IMG/VR virus record: IMGVR_UViG_2563366932_000014 | DNA length: 42,975 nt | Reading direction: 5' to 3' (one strand) | DNA from: a virus | Lineage: Duplodnaviria; Heunggongvirae; Uroviricota; Caudoviricetes | In this document: positions 9,722 through 20,476 of the stretch, piece after piece | Layout of the letters: each line of letters starts with the position of its first letter | Position numbering within the stretch: position 1 is the stretch's first letter | Made by a program: the position numbers and the translations under genes | Notes under the pieces: generated by a model | The model's database searches: none | What the model was told of the DNA's origin: nothing | The model's input: only the letters and a program-made list of their open reading frames with translations

Positions 9722-10770
9722 GAAATCGTCCCCAGAACCGCCAGTTCATTTTTTGCAATGGAGATATTTTCCGCCGGTGCAAGCAATTGATGGCTGTATT
9801 CCCCGTTCGCACCGGAAATCGCTTCACTGATACGCGACACCTTCAGTTCTCCCTGCGGATAACCATCACGCAGCAGGAACGAACGCAACTCCGCGGTGAT
9901 GGCAGCCCGTATTTCCGGTGTATCCGGCGTCACACGGATATGAAAATCCACCGTATGCGCCACCGGCCTGAACACATACAAATCAGAGCCTGCCACCGGG
10001 GCCAGTGGCCCGATATGTTGTCTTGCCGCCGTTTCCGTTGATTCTTCCGGAATGGGATTAATCAGGTCACTGCTGGCAATCATCACACCGACAGTCCCCG
10101 TTCCCATCCAGTGACGGTATGCCCATGCGCGGGTAATGCCGGGCAATTCTTTAGCCCAGACAACATAGTCCCCGTCAGCCCCGCCCTGAGGCGTCCAGTA
10201 ATACCGCTCAATGACGCGGGCGCGCCACGTTTCCAGCTCTTCAGTATCAAATCCACCTGTCAGAGTGTCTGCCACGCCGGAAGACGGCAGACCATTAACC
10301 GGCGTGACCAGGATTAATGACGTACCGTCGTCAGCGTTACCGACCGCGCCTGCACTTGAGCAGGCGATCGGCACGCGCAGGACACCACCGGCGCTGGTTG
10401 CATCGGCAGTTGCCGTGTACTGAATCAGGTCATCGCGCTGAATAACACTCCCGGCGGTCACCTTCAGGCCATCGCTGACGCCTTCCCAGCGCATATACCC
10501 GCTGGCAGTCGTGGCCCCCTTGCGCGGACACCGTTTCATCGCAGCATGTCGCGCCAGCCAGGACTCATCGCACAGGTCAGGCAGCATGTTCATTGCCAGA
10601 TAATCGATGTACCCGTAAACCGTATGCAGCGCCGCCGCATACACCTTTGCCCGCACGTCTTCATCCATGCGCCGGAGCGTGTCGCTGACGTCCAGCCTGG
10701 CGAATAAATCGTTACGGAGCATACTGATATTTTCTGCCAGCGTCGGGCGCTGAAATTCACTGTCCGCCAT
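9712..10770 (-). CDS. baseplate J-like protein (Mu gp47-like)
   Basis: 352-aa ORF in baseplate gene order. Confidence 0.65.
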   Translation of the reverse strand: MADSEFQRPTLAENISMLRNDLFARLDVSDTLRRMDEDVRAKVYAAALHTVYGYIDYLAMNMLPDLCDESWLARHAAMKRCPRKGATTASGYMRWEGVSDGLKVTAGSVIQRDDLIQYTATADATSAGGVLRVPIACSSAGAVGNADDGTSLILVTPVNGLPSSGVADTLTGGFDTEELETWRARVIERYYWTPQGGADGDYVVWAKELPGITRAWAYRHWMGTGTVGVMIASSDLINPIPEESTETAARQHIGPLAPVAGSDLYVFRPVAHTVDFHIRVTPDTPEIRAAITAELRSFLLRDGYPQGELKVSRISEAISGANGEYSHQLLAPAENISIAKNELAVLGTISWA

Positions 10771-11185
10771 GCGTTATCGCACTCCACAGATCATCTAAAG
10801 AAATCATTACCGGTCCGTCACGACGCCAGAGAGTGATACTGTTACCCAGTTCATTAATCCCGGTGCGGAGGATATCCAGATCAATACGGGACACCACGCC
10901 GTCATCAATCATCCATTGCAGGCATTCGCGGATATACCCCCTTACCGTCTGCACCAGCTGATTGGTCAGTTTGCTGCGCTGAAGCAGCCACAGTCGGGAG
11001 CCGTAACGGTCATTCTGTACCGCAGGCCAGGTATCCCCCCACCATCCCATCGGGACGTCGGCGTTGTCATCAGGCTCCGCCCGCCGCCAGGTAAACAGGG
11101 AAATCACCACGGCGCGGGTCAGCGGATCCAGCGGTGCGCTGGCGCAGGTGCGTTTACCGTTCACCGTCAGCCACAGTTCCATCAT
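10757..11185 (-). CDS. baseplate protein (Mu gp46-like)
   Basis: 142-aa ORF between spike and J-like genes. Confidence 0.5.
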   Translation of the reverse strand: MMELWLTVNGKRTCASAPLDPLTRAVVISLFTWRRAEPDDNADVPMGWWGDTWPAVQNDRYGSRLWLLQRSKLTNQLVQTVRGYIRECLQWMIDDGVVSRIDLDILRTGINELGNSITLWRRDGPVMISLDDLWSAITHGGQ

Positions 11186-11730
11186 GCCTCCATCGCTTTA
11201 TCAGGTTTGTCGGTGTTACTGCCCTGACCGTTCTCTCTGTGACGATGCCCGTTATAGGCAAGCCGCATCGCTGACATGGTGGTGCCGCTGGAGTCGCACA
11301 GGTCTTTCACCTGTCCTGTCACTTCCAGGTCCATTTCAAAACGTGCTTCAGGTGCATTGCGAAACGTGATCGTTTTACCTGCACCGTCCACCACGATCCC
11401 CTCCCGGGTCAGCGTCACAGACTGCCCCTGATCGTCATAGACCGCCACCTCACCCGTCTGCAGCCCTTTCAGGCGGTAGCGCCGGTCCGACACCGTAACA
11501 ACCACCGCATGAGAACGGTCACCATCCGGAAACAACACCACCGCTTCCGCACCGCTGTTTGCCCTTGCGGTAAAACCGTAGGGTTCAAGATGTTCAACCC
11601 CGGCTTTGGGTTCACCGGCAATCAGGGACACATCCACGGTCTGACATTTCGTGGCGGCACTGATGCTTTTCACCACTGCCCGCCCAATCAGGCCGAGGAG
11701 TTGTCGCTGCATGGCTTCAATCGTACTCAT
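11182..11730 (-). CDS. baseplate assembly protein V / spike (Mu gp45-like)
   Basis: 182-aa ORF; position and translation fit gpV-like proteins. Confidence 0.6.
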   Translation of the reverse strand: MSTIEAMQRQLLGLIGRAVVKSISAATKCQTVDVSLIAGEPKAGVEHLEPYGFTARANSGAEAVVLFPDGDRSHAVVVTVSDRRYRLKGLQTGEVAVYDDQGQSVTLTREGIVVDGAGKTITFRNAPEARFEMDLEVTGQVKDLCDSSGTTMSAMRLAYNGHRHRENGQGSNTDKPDKAMEA

Positions 11731-12809
11731 CAGAACGGGTCCTCCTGTACTCTGGCTTTTTTCTTTTTCCGCGCGCCGGGGGCTTCGGGTTCAGGCAGAT
11801 AAGCATCAGGTGGGCCGACACGGATTTCCGTCAGGGTGCCGTTCTGGTCCTGAGTAAACGTGACTTCCGAGACAAGCAGTTCGGTATTGTCGAAACCACA
11901 GACCGGATCGAAGACAATCACCCGCTGGTTGGGCTGCCACAGCGTACCGTTACCCTGTCGCCAGCCCTGCACCACATAGGTGGTTTCATCCGTCCGCGCC
12001 GCCCGTTGTCGGGCTTCAAAGTCAGCACGCGCAATACAGCCTGCCCCCGTAGCCTGCCCTGTCTGCCTGATATACATCGGACGGTAACGGGCAATAAATG
12101 CGTCCTCTGTGCGGGCCCGCAGCGCGCTGGTGGTGGCCTCACCGAAATCATCGTCGTTTCCAGCACGCTGCCCCGCCACCTGGTAAACAGAAAACCGCTC
12201 CCGGATACTCTTCTCCGTATCGCAGGAAAGGATGTTTTCCCCGAGTACCAGCGCAGTATGTGCCCGCGTTGAGCCAATACCGCCAATCACCAGCCTGCCG
12301 TGTGGGTCGTCGTAAGCCAGTGCCTGCTGCTGACCGAGTATTTTGTTGATTACCTCAATCACCGTTTCACCGTGATCGGGCTGGACGTCAGGAATAACAC
12401 CCGACGGCGCACCGTTGTTCACCACCTCAATGCCGAAAGGCGCAGCAAGCGCCTGCGCAATCTGTACCAGCGATCGTCCGTTAAACTGTGTCGGTTCGGC
12501 TGCACAGTCAATCAGGTCAGCGGTCAGACTGCGTCCGGCAATACCGGTGCTGACCGAACGGGCATCGTAACGAACGGGCGTCGCCTCCACCCAGCCGGTG
12601 ATCACCAGCTCATCACCAATCAGCACCTCCACTTTTGAACCGTTTTTAATGCGCGGCTGAAGCGTGGTGATACCCTCATCACCCGGCCACTGGCGGGTGA
12701 TCTCCACACTGAAATCCCGCGCCAGCCGTTCAATACCGGCACCGATGCGCACCGATGTCCAGCCATTCCACTCCCGGCCATTTACCCGTAGCGTGACGTT
12801 ATCGTTCAT
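11730..12809 (-). CDS. tail protein (Mu gpP-like)
   Basis: 359-aa ORF downstream of the DNA circulation-like gene. Confidence 0.55.
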   Translation of the reverse strand: MNDNVTLRVNGREWNGWTSVRIGAGIERLARDFSVEITRQWPGDEGITTLQPRIKNGSKVEVLIGDELVITGWVEATPVRYDARSVSTGIAGRSLTADLIDCAAEPTQFNGRSLVQIAQALAAPFGIEVVNNGAPSGVIPDVQPDHGETVIEVINKILGQQQALAYDDPHGRLVIGGIGSTRAHTALVLGENILSCDTEKSIRERFSVYQVAGQRAGNDDDFGEATTSALRARTEDAFIARYRPMYIRQTGQATGAGCIARADFEARQRAARTDETTYVVQGWRQGNGTLWQPNQRVIVFDPVCGFDNTELLVSEVTFTQDQNGTLTEIRVGPPDAYLPEPEAPGARKKKKARVQEDPF

Positions 12810-14176
12810 TGCACTGGCACCTTCAGAGGGATCACCGGCACAAAGCCGGGATGCGTAATGGCATTACGCCGGATAATGTCCGCGTCACGCGCCGCGTTAT
12901 CAAACCAGGTCGCCGCCAGCACCAGCGCGGGTAAAACCTCATCCGGTGTGCGCTGAATGATCCGTGCAGACTGTTCAAGGCGCGTGTTGATATCCGCATT
13001 CAGATCTGCTTTCACCCGGCGCAGCGCCAGAAACAGCACATCACTGGTTGTACGGGACAACTCCTTATCAATTGCCGTATTCAGTGTGTCGCGAATGTCG
13101 GTCAGTTCTTCCCACGTTGGCAGGTCAACCGTGTTTTTCACCGCCGGTGCATTGTTCAGTGCCGGATGCGTGACAGAAGGCCAGCCGGTGCTCTGCGCGG
13201 GTGTTGTTGACTGCCCCACTGTGGCATTCTGCATCACCGCGGAAGTTGTGGGCGCAGGCAATCGTGTGACGGCATACGCCGCTTCGCTGATTGCGGTCGT
13301 ACGAAGGGTGCTGGCAACCACGTTACGCTGCTGCGTCGCCGTGGCGGTGGTTTTACTGTCCGTTTTCCAGACGCCGCGCGGTTGCAGATCGCTGCCGAGG
13401 CTGACACCGGAAAGCGTTTTGATCATGGTGACCAGGTCGCTGGCGTTACCATAAAGGCGTTTCCCGGTACGCCACATTTTCTGCACCTGCTCAACGAAAT
13501 TTTTGCCTGACGATGGCGGCGGCAGAAGTACCGAGATATCCCCCTGCAACAGCCTGGCGGCATCCGATACGGCAGAATCCACCACTTTCATCGCATCAGA
13601 AACATACCCAAGCATTGTGCTGGCATTACCGACGACGTCGTTCTGCACAAAATCTGCCACGCCATCGATACTGAAACCACTGAAGCTGTCACTGATGCAG
13701 TCATCCAGTGCAGAACAGGATGACATCAGCGTCTGCGCCGTCGCCGCACCTGAAGTGGGGTAAGAGAGTTCTCCCGCTTCGACAAACTTCAGGTCAAAGC
13801 GGACAATACGCCCTTCACTCTTCGATGTGCTGACCCGAACTTCCCCGTCAACACAGACTTTCAGCTCACCGTAAGTCGGATGGACAAGCGTGCCGGGACC
13901 GGGTTTATTCAGCGCGTCAATCAGGCGATCGCGCTGGTCAAAGCAGTCATCTCCCACCACATAAGCTGTGATGGACGGGCGGAAAGTGATTTTCCCCAGG
14001 TCTTCGGTATAGGGTTTGTCGCGGTTCGGGTATTCGTGCGTTTCCACACGACGACCGGTTCCCGCACTTTCTTCTTCAACCTTAAACGGCACACCGCGAA
14101 ATGACGCGTCCTGAAGTCTGTCTTTCCACGTCATATAAACTCCGTACATAAAAAATCCCACCGGAGTGGGACTCAT
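12806..14176 (-). CDS. Mu gpN-like DNA circulation protein
   Basis: N-terminal ..MTWKDRLQDASFRGVPF.. typical of this family (recalled). Confidence 0.6.
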   Translation of the reverse strand: MSPTPVGFFMYGVYMTWKDRLQDASFRGVPFKVEEESAGTGRRVETHEYPNRDKPYTEDLGKITFRPSITAYVVGDDCFDQRDRLIDALNKPGPGTLVHPTYGELKVCVDGEVRVSTSKSEGRIVRFDLKFVEAGELSYPTSGAATAQTLMSSCSALDDCISDSFSGFSIDGVADFVQNDVVGNASTMLGYVSDAMKVVDSAVSDAARLLQGDISVLLPPPSSGKNFVEQVQKMWRTGKRLYGNASDLVTMIKTLSGVSLGSDLQPRGVWKTDSKTTATATQQRNVVASTLRTTAISEAAYAVTRLPAPTTSAVMQNATVGQSTTPAQSTGWPSVTHPALNNAPAVKNTVDLPTWEELTDIRDTLNTAIDKELSRTTSDVLFLALRRVKADLNADINTRLEQSARIIQRTPDEVLPALVLAATWFDNAARDADIIRRNAITHPGFVPVIPLKVPVQ

Positions 14177-14194
14177 TAACAGATTAATTTTTCA

Positions 14195-16030
14195 TTACCT
14201 GCCAAAGCGCGTATAGCCAACATCATGGCTGACATCAAAACCGCTGGATCGCGTTTCCATAACCCGCATACCCGGAGGTGAATTCACAAAAGAGACCTTG
14301 ATCTCACCATCAACTTTTGGCGCAGAAGCTTTGTTAATCATGAAGGGATTCGGGCCTGTGGCACCGGAGGCGTTGTTTGACTGAGCCGGATCCACCGCCT
14401 GATAAGGTGTGTATCCCCGTGCCGGTATTCCCGTCCCATAAGCATCATAAGCACCCGCGCCCCACTGCGCAGAGTTAATGGCATCGACCGTGTCACCGGA
14501 ACTGTCGGTAAACCACTCAATAATTGGCTTCAGCTTGTCCCACATATCCTGAAACCACTTAACAACCGGTCCCCAGTTATTGATTACCATCCCCAGCGGC
14601 GACCAGGCAAAAACCTTCTTCAGAAGTTCCCGGCCAGCCTCAAAATAAGGACCAATGGTTTCCCAGAGCTTCTTGAAATAAGGTCCGACAACATCCCAGT
14701 TAGTGATAATTAATCCCGCAGCCAGGGCTATCGCCGTCGCAATCATGCCAATCGGCGTCATCGACATGATCCTGCTGACAATACTGATGGCACCGCCAAC
14801 GCCCATCAATCCCAGTTTCAGAATCGCAAGACCGGCAGCAAGCCCGACGACGCCGCGAATAACCCGGGGATTTTCATCCGCAAACTTCGTGAATTTCTCC
14901 CCCAACTCCCCCAGCCATTGCGTGATATTTTTAGCGTCACCAGAAAATGCGCCGCCAATAGCCGCAAGGCCGTTAGTTGCGGTCCCTGTCATTGCCTCCC
15001 ACAGGTTGGACAGCGTACCAAGCTGTGCCTGAACACGTTTATTCAGACTGGCCTGTTTATTCATCTTCTGCTGGATCTGGTCGTAGCCATCCTTTCCTTT
15101 ATCGATTAGTGCATTGACCACCTGAAGGGTTTCGGCATCATCACCAAATATTGCCTTAAGTACACCAGTTCGCTTAACGTCGGTCAGTTTTCGCAGCTTT
15201 GCCAGTTGCCTGAACATGTTATCAAGACCGCCAAAACTCCCTTTGCCGTCAGTAAAATCGAGCTGTACCCCGAGTTTCTGGCGGGCCATGACTTTATTGA
15301 CGTCCCTGATTTTCTTAACGCTTAATCCGGACTGGATAACTTTTCGCAGGGCGTTACCTGCCGACTCCCCGTTCATCCCCATCTGATCCATCATGACGCT
15401 GATGGGGGCAAGGCTCTGTGCAGCCTGAAGACCGTCCTTGTTCACCATCTTCAGAACAGAGCTGGTTTTAGTGAAGAAGGACAACATGTTGGTATCGTCA
15501 ACGCCCAGATAAAACGCCTTCTGGATAGTGTCGAACAGCCCCATCATGTCTTCTGACGCCGTTCCGGTAGCATCCTGCATCTTTGCGGCAAACTCGGCAG
15601 CCGCTTCCGGTGTTTTTTTCAGTTGTACCGCAAGATAAGCTGTCGCTTTACCCACACCGCCAAGAATGTTTTCTGCCGGGATCCCCTGACGCACCAGCAT
15701 CTGCATCATGTTCTGGAAATCAGCCGTTGTACCGGGTAGCTGGTTACCCAGACCAATAGCCAGTTTATTGATGTCCTGAAAGCGCTTTCCGACCTCACCG
15801 TTCGCATCCATCATGGCAACTTTCAGCCCGGTGGCGGCGTTTTCCTGATCGGCATAAGATTTCAGGGAAAGCGTCAGACCCGCAGCCAGTCCGCCACCAA
15901 GCGCCAGCCCACCCTGTGACGCTTCTTCCGCCTGGCGTTTAAATCCCCGGATTTTCTTTTGCATTTTCGACAGCGCGGGAGAAAGCCTGTCGACACCGGT
16001 GATCAACGCCTTAAGCTCAAATTCAGCCAT
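14195..16030 (-). CDS. tail tape measure protein
   Basis: 611-aa helical Ala/Gly/Lys-rich protein with hydrophobic segments, downstream of the chaperone pair. Confidence 0.8.
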   Translation of the reverse strand: MAEFELKALITGVDRLSPALSKMQKKIRGFKRQAEEASQGGLALGGGLAAGLTLSLKSYADQENAATGLKVAMMDANGEVGKRFQDINKLAIGLGNQLPGTTADFQNMMQMLVRQGIPAENILGGVGKATAYLAVQLKKTPEAAAEFAAKMQDATGTASEDMMGLFDTIQKAFYLGVDDTNMLSFFTKTSSVLKMVNKDGLQAAQSLAPISVMMDQMGMNGESAGNALRKVIQSGLSVKKIRDVNKVMARQKLGVQLDFTDGKGSFGGLDNMFRQLAKLRKLTDVKRTGVLKAIFGDDAETLQVVNALIDKGKDGYDQIQQKMNKQASLNKRVQAQLGTLSNLWEAMTGTATNGLAAIGGAFSGDAKNITQWLGELGEKFTKFADENPRVIRGVVGLAAGLAILKLGLMGVGGAISIVSRIMSMTPIGMIATAIALAAGLIITNWDVVGPYFKKLWETIGPYFEAGRELLKKVFAWSPLGMVINNWGPVVKWFQDMWDKLKPIIEWFTDSSGDTVDAINSAQWGAGAYDAYGTGIPARGYTPYQAVDPAQSNNASGATGPNPFMINKASAPKVDGEIKVSFVNSPPGMRVMETRSSGFDVSHDVGYTRFGR

Positions 16031-16205
16031 GTGTGCGTTTCTCCTGCTCTATCCTGTTTGCCTGACTGACCAGCAAGGGAATTTCACTGATCGGCATATT
16101 CAGCAATTCGAAGGGATTAATGCGCCAGTAGCTGGCGCAGTCAAAGAAGCGATCAGTGAGGTATTCAGCCGTCAGGCCTGGAGGAAAAAACCAGCCACAA
16201 GCCAC
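16023..16205 (-). CDS. tail assembly chaperone, frameshift-extension ORF
   Basis: overlaps the 3' end of 16172-16441 in another frame, directly upstream of the tape measure gene. Confidence 0.4.
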   Translation of the reverse strand: MACGWFFPPGLTAEYLTDRFFDCASYWRINPFELLNMPISEIPLLVSQANRIEQEKRTHG

Positions 16206-16441
16206 GCCGCAGCATTCAGGTCTGCCGGAGACATCTGGTCGACAGAGTTTTGCGGCACTTTCGCCAGCCGCACAATGTATTTCGATACCACATGCGCCAG
16301 AAGTCTGACGGACTCATCCTGATTCATCTGGTAGGGATACCCCAGCTCGCGGACATCTTTCCCGGTGGGCTCATCAAACTCCAGTACGGAGAGTGTCTCG
16401 CCATGAGCGGTAATCGGTTTCTTTAACTCAAGCTCTTTCAT
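16172..16441 (-). CDS. tail assembly chaperone
   Basis: 89-aa ORF between tube and tape measure genes. Confidence 0.55.
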   Translation of the reverse strand: MKELELKKPITAHGETLSVLEFDEPTGKDVRELGYPYQMNQDESVRLLAHVVSKYIVRLAKVPQNSVDQMSPADLNAAAWLVAGFFLQA

Positions 16442-16797
16442 TACTGGTAATCCCCTTCTTCACCGTGGAACTCAAGATCAACCGTCCCTTCTTCGGCATT
16501 ATGGTTCGCTTCGCCGTGCAGCCAGGCAGACGACAGTACATAGACCTGACCGTTCGCCAGCTCGGCAGTGATGGTCATCTCATCAGACGAGGTGATTTTG
16601 CTCACCGGAAAATTCTTCGGCACCTTGAAGGTCCCTTTAACATAAGGCGCACGGTGAGTTTCCTTGCGGTCCACTGAACCGTCCAGGCCGATGATGTCAT
16701 CATTGACCGTCCTGTTCATGGGCACCTCAATGCCGCCGGTCAGCGATAGCTGCTGACCGTCAATTTTGAAATAACAGGTTCCCCCGATACGGGCCAT
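16441..16797 (-). CDS. tail tube protein (contractile tail)
   Basis: 118-aa ORF directly after the sheath gene. Confidence 0.7.
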   Translation of the reverse strand: MARIGGTCYFKIDGQQLSLTGGIEVPMNRTVNDDIIGLDGSVDRKETHRAPYVKGTFKVPKNFPVSKITSSDEMTITAELANGQVYVLSSAWLHGEANHNAEEGTVDLEFHGEEGDYQ

Positions 16798-18293
16798 TAT
16801 GCGGACTCCTCTGAATACTGAAGACGGAACTGGTTAACCACGGCAAAGACACGCAACTGGTTAACATAGTCAGGCGGGAACAGCGTGTTCAGGCGGTTCG
16901 GATCGCTGGCATCACGCTCCACAACCAGGTACTGCTTAAAAAGTTCGTAGTTTTCCACGATCCCCGCACGCTCAAGCTGACGGTAGGTTGCCAGCAGTTC
17001 CCCTTTGATCACCGCCGGGGTGACAATCGCCTGACCGGGACCAAAGCGGGTACCGTCGCTGGCAAGCTTGTGACGCCCGTACTTACTGGTAATGACGGAT
17101 TTCAGTTTGCGCAGTACATACGCACTGGTATGCAGCGTCTCGCTGTCGAGGTAGCTGTTATCCGCAACCCCGTAAGCGTTTTTCCTGTACGTGGTGACAT
17201 CACGCTGAATGCGCAGTACCCCGCTTTCGACATACGCCGTTGCCACGCCATGAGACAGCAGGGTCTTTTGTTCGGTCATCGTGAACCGTTTCCCCTTCGG
17301 CGCAGGCAGCATACCCACCAGCTCACCGGTCTGCGTGGGACGTGCCGGATCGTTGCGGATAAACACCGCTGCGCGGGCGGTACGGCTTGCCGCCAGCTCG
17401 TCGGCAGGCGTCTGGGTGTCTTTTTCGTACCCCGCCAGGGTAATGTGCTGCTGGTTAAACTGGTCACCTGCGGTCACCAGTTCTGACAGCGTGCCGGTCT
17501 TTGCCGTATACACATGACCATACAGCTGACGCGCATAGCTCCAGCGACCGCTGGTATCGTTCATCTCGGTCACCAGCGTGTTAACGGAGGCCGTGTCGTT
17601 GAACGGCAGGCCGATATAATCAAACGGCTCATCCGCCATTGCAGCCACAGCGCCGGTGAGAACCGGAGCACCCGTTCCGGCGGTACCCGTCACCACGGCA
17701 ATCTGTACGCCCGCTGGCAGCACTTCGCCCCCACCAAAGCCGTAGTAATTGAGGCTGACAGGAATTTCATTCCCGCAAAGCCCCTTATGACGCGCGGTCA
17801 GTGTGACCACGCCTGCCGAAGATGAAGCCGTAAACGGCAGGGTCGGAACGGCATTGATGGCATCCTGGATACTGCTGGCAATCATCGTAACGTTATCGCC
17901 GTTAGTCACCGGTACCTGCACGCGGGTACGTCCCACATACACATTCACCGTGCCGGTTTCGGTTGCCGCCCCGGTCACCGTCAGCGTAACCGTTGCCGCC
18001 GCGCCTGTGGATTCAGGAACGGCAATCACATACAGCTCGCCAAACGGGTCAGTCTGGCGATAAGCCTCGACCATACGCGCCAGCTGACTTCCCGCACCAC
18101 AAATCTGGCGTGCATAGTCTGCCGACGGCATCAGTACCAGACTGTTGGCAACAATCTCTGCACCGTTATTGGCATGACCAATCAGCAGCGATGCTCCGCT
18201 GTCCTGTGCAGTATTCGCAGCCTGGTTATCCATTTCCGCATAAAACAGCGGAACCAGCGTATTCGACGGAATGGTGTTAAAGCTTATCGTCAT
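16797..18293 (-). CDS. tail sheath protein
   Basis: 498-aa ORF with sheath-like translation, start MTISFNTIPSNTLVPLFYAEM. Confidence 0.8.
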   Translation of the reverse strand: MTISFNTIPSNTLVPLFYAEMDNQAANTAQDSGASLLIGHANNGAEIVANSLVLMPSADYARQICGAGSQLARMVEAYRQTDPFGELYVIAVPESTGAAATVTLTVTGAATETGTVNVYVGRTRVQVPVTNGDNVTMIASSIQDAINAVPTLPFTASSSAGVVTLTARHKGLCGNEIPVSLNYYGFGGGEVLPAGVQIAVVTGTAGTGAPVLTGAVAAMADEPFDYIGLPFNDTASVNTLVTEMNDTSGRWSYARQLYGHVYTAKTGTLSELVTAGDQFNQQHITLAGYEKDTQTPADELAASRTARAAVFIRNDPARPTQTGELVGMLPAPKGKRFTMTEQKTLLSHGVATAYVESGVLRIQRDVTTYRKNAYGVADNSYLDSETLHTSAYVLRKLKSVITSKYGRHKLASDGTRFGPGQAIVTPAVIKGELLATYRQLERAGIVENYELFKQYLVVERDASDPNRLNTLFPPDYVNQLRVFAVVNQFRLQYSEESA

Positions 18294-18447
18294 CGGTGTT
18301 CACCTTTTTATTCACGCGCCGGATATCACCCGCTGCTTCACGGCGCAGCCAGTAGTTGTTCTCATCAACATTTCGCCCTTCGGCGGGCAAAAGGTCGCCG
18401 CGGGCAGGGTCAGGCACTGACCGCCCTTTAACAGGTTTCACAAACAT
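18277..18447 (-). CDS. small protein (56 aa) upstream of the sheath gene
   Basis: ORF below the 60-aa track cutoff, found by manual translation (MFVKPVKGRSVPDPARGDLL..); overlaps the sheath start. Confidence 0.4.
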   Translation of the reverse strand: MFVKPVKGRSVPDPARGDLLPAEGRNVDENNYWLRREAAGDIRRVNKKVNTDDDKL

Positions 18448-18455
18448 GATGATCC

Positions 18456-19016
18456 TCAGGAAGGAAGGGGTATTTCGGTGTGATGTTCGATATCGCCGTC
18501 AGACCCGTTACCGGGATCGAGATAATCAACATCAATCGCCAGCGTTCGCAGTTCATCCAGACTGTTCAGGTCATCCTGCTGGCGGGTATCGTCTTCGGTC
18601 AGCTCTCTGATGACCGAAAAATCGAACTGATAAATCAGCTCATGACGATTCAGATCCAGCAGCGTGCCGCCGTCATAGGTAATCGGGTTACCGCACGCTT
18701 CCGGGTTCCAGCCCAGCAGGGCCTTAAAGAGCATCTGCCGGACATCGTCCACCACATCATACGAGGCAAACTGACCGCGCTCATCACGTCCGTTACTCAG
18801 TATGACAACCACGGAGAAGCCCTCTTTCAGCTCCTGCCAGTAGTCGGTCTGGCTTTTGTTTTCTCCCGGAGAGTCATCACCCGGTACCACATATGCCGCC
18901 GGGAGTCTCAGCTTTCCGACCTCCGGCAGATTTTTGAACTGTGCCGCGCCTGCCACCCGGTTTTCAAAATACGGGCAGCGGGCACGCAGCGCAGCAATAA
19001 CAGGCGTCAGTTTCAT
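18456..19016 (-). CDS. tail completion / neck protein (tentative)
   Basis: 186-aa ORF between head-tail joining genes and sheath. Confidence 0.4.
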   Translation of the reverse strand: MKLTPVIAALRARCPYFENRVAGAAQFKNLPEVGKLRLPAAYVVPGDDSPGENKSQTDYWQELKEGFSVVVILSNGRDERGQFASYDVVDDVRQMLFKALLGWNPEACGNPITYDGGTLLDLNRHELIYQFDFSVIRELTEDDTRQQDDLNSLDELRTLAIDVDYLDPGNGSDGDIEHHTEIPLPS

Positions 19017-19519
19017 CTGCGTCGTCGCTCCGGCTTCAGTGATTTACGTAATTCCCGCGCCAGAAAATAGCGTGTCCAGCTGCGGTTCTTTTCAAGCGTT
19101 TCCACCATAAAGTTATTACGTGGAGCCAGTCGCCAGCCGCTGCCACCGGATGCACCACGATGATGGCTGCGACGACGCTTTGCCCCTCGCCTCACGCCAT
19201 AGAACAAAAAAGCCGGATAAAAATCACCGGTGATACGGCGGTTTCCCTCTCCATTACGCTGGTTAGGGGCTATACGTGCCATAAAACCAGGGCGATGTTT
19301 ACTGGCTCTGGGTACCATGTAACCAATCGAACGAGCCAGGCGTCCGGTCTGATAACCGGGGTTTTCACCCGGTGCCGACCGCGCACGGCGCATCACCAGC
19401 CGACGGGCATCACGCATATGACGCTGACCAATCGTGACAAACGCCCGCCGGACACGGGCGCGGTTAAAGCGCATCTCCGCGGGCTGCTGAAAATCAACGT
19501 GCAAAAAGGAAGTCGTCAT
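19013..19519 (-). CDS. head-tail joining protein (HK97 gp10-like, tentative)
   Basis: 168-aa basic protein in connector gene order. Confidence 0.45.
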   Translation of the reverse strand: MTTSFLHVDFQQPAEMRFNRARVRRAFVTIGQRHMRDARRLVMRRARSAPGENPGYQTGRLARSIGYMVPRASKHRPGFMARIAPNQRNGEGNRRITGDFYPAFLFYGVRRGAKRRRSHHRGASGGSGWRLAPRNNFMVETLEKNRSWTRYFLARELRKSLKPERRRR

Positions 19520-19904
19520 TGTTGCCTCCGTGACTCTGCCTACATTCGCCCAGCTCCGTACACTCCAGCAGCAGAAAGCGCCGCGCCCCGTTCAGATCGC
19601 GCTGACGTTTCACCCGGTACACACTGTCACCGCAGACCACCTCATAATCAGCGGTAATCCCCCGGCGGTAACGAATGGTGATGTAATGGGTGATGGCGTC
19701 CCCGGTCTGCGCGGTTTCCTGCCAGGTGGTGGCACTGGTCTGGATAACCTTCGCCCATGTCCGGAACGTAATCAGGTATTGAGGCTCCACGCCAAAGTTA
19801 TCCGCGGGCATATCCACCCGCAGGCGGATCAGGACGCGTTTATTCAGTTCACCGGGGTCCGGCAGAATGTAGGTTGCGCTGGTCTGCGCCTGACGAATTT
19901 TCAT
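19494..19904 (-). CDS. head-tail adaptor / head closure protein
   Basis: 136-aa ORF after the connector gene. Confidence 0.5.
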   Translation of the reverse strand: MKIRQAQTSATYILPDPGELNKRVLIRLRVDMPADNFGVEPQYLITFRTWAKVIQTSATTWQETAQTGDAITHYITIRYRRGITADYEVVCGDSVYRVKRQRDLNGARRFLLLECTELGECRQSHGGNNDDFLFAR

Positions 19905-20224
19905 TGCGGAAAGTACCTGTACGGGCCGACAAGCCAGCCAAAACTCTGCGGCATGTCGAGTTTCTCCACTTCCGTAACCGACGAGCGGTTTTCGTAAAAA
20001 TGGCTGATAAGCATCAGCATCCCCAGACGAATATCATCCGGCAGGTGCAGCCCGTCCGGATCGCTGTCCGGAATGGTTTCATCCGGTGCATAGAGCTTCC
20101 GGTTCAGATACGTTTCCGTCCGCTTTTGTGCCGCACAGGCCAGCAGTTGCAGATGGCGGTCATCAGCATCGAAATCCTCATCCAGCCGGAGTTGGGCTTT
20201 AATCTCTTCCATTGTCAGAAGCAT
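19901..20224 (-). CDS. head-tail connector protein (gp6-like)
   Basis: 107-aa ORF directly after the capsid region. Confidence 0.55.
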   Translation of the reverse strand: MLLTMEEIKAQLRLDEDFDADDRHLQLLACAAQKRTETYLNRKLYAPDETIPDSDPDGLHLPDDIRLGMLMLISHFYENRSSVTEVEKLDMPQSFGWLVGPYRYFPQ

Positions 20225-20226
20225 AC

Positions 20227-20427
20227 TCAGCCCTCTTTACTGGTCGTGGCTTTTTTCTCTTTTGCCGCTTTACTGCTTTTTGCACTGATTCCGCGCTCTG
20301 CTAACCCGGCCTGAAGTGCAATCTCCTGCACCCGGGCAGGAAGCGCCCCATCGTCATACTCACCGGCCCGAATGACCTCAACACGCATACCGTCCGGTGA
20401 CCATTTCAGATCTTGTTTCAGGATCAT
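20227..20427 (-). CDS. hypothetical small protein (66 aa)
   Basis: short ORF between capsid and connector genes. Confidence 0.35.
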   Translation of the reverse strand: MILKQDLKWSPDGMRVEVIRAGEYDDGALPARVQEIALQAGLAERGISAKSSKAAKEKKATTSKEG

Positions 20428-20476
20428 GATTCTTCACCCGTCAGAACAGGGGGCGCGGTTCCGCGCCCCTGAGTGA

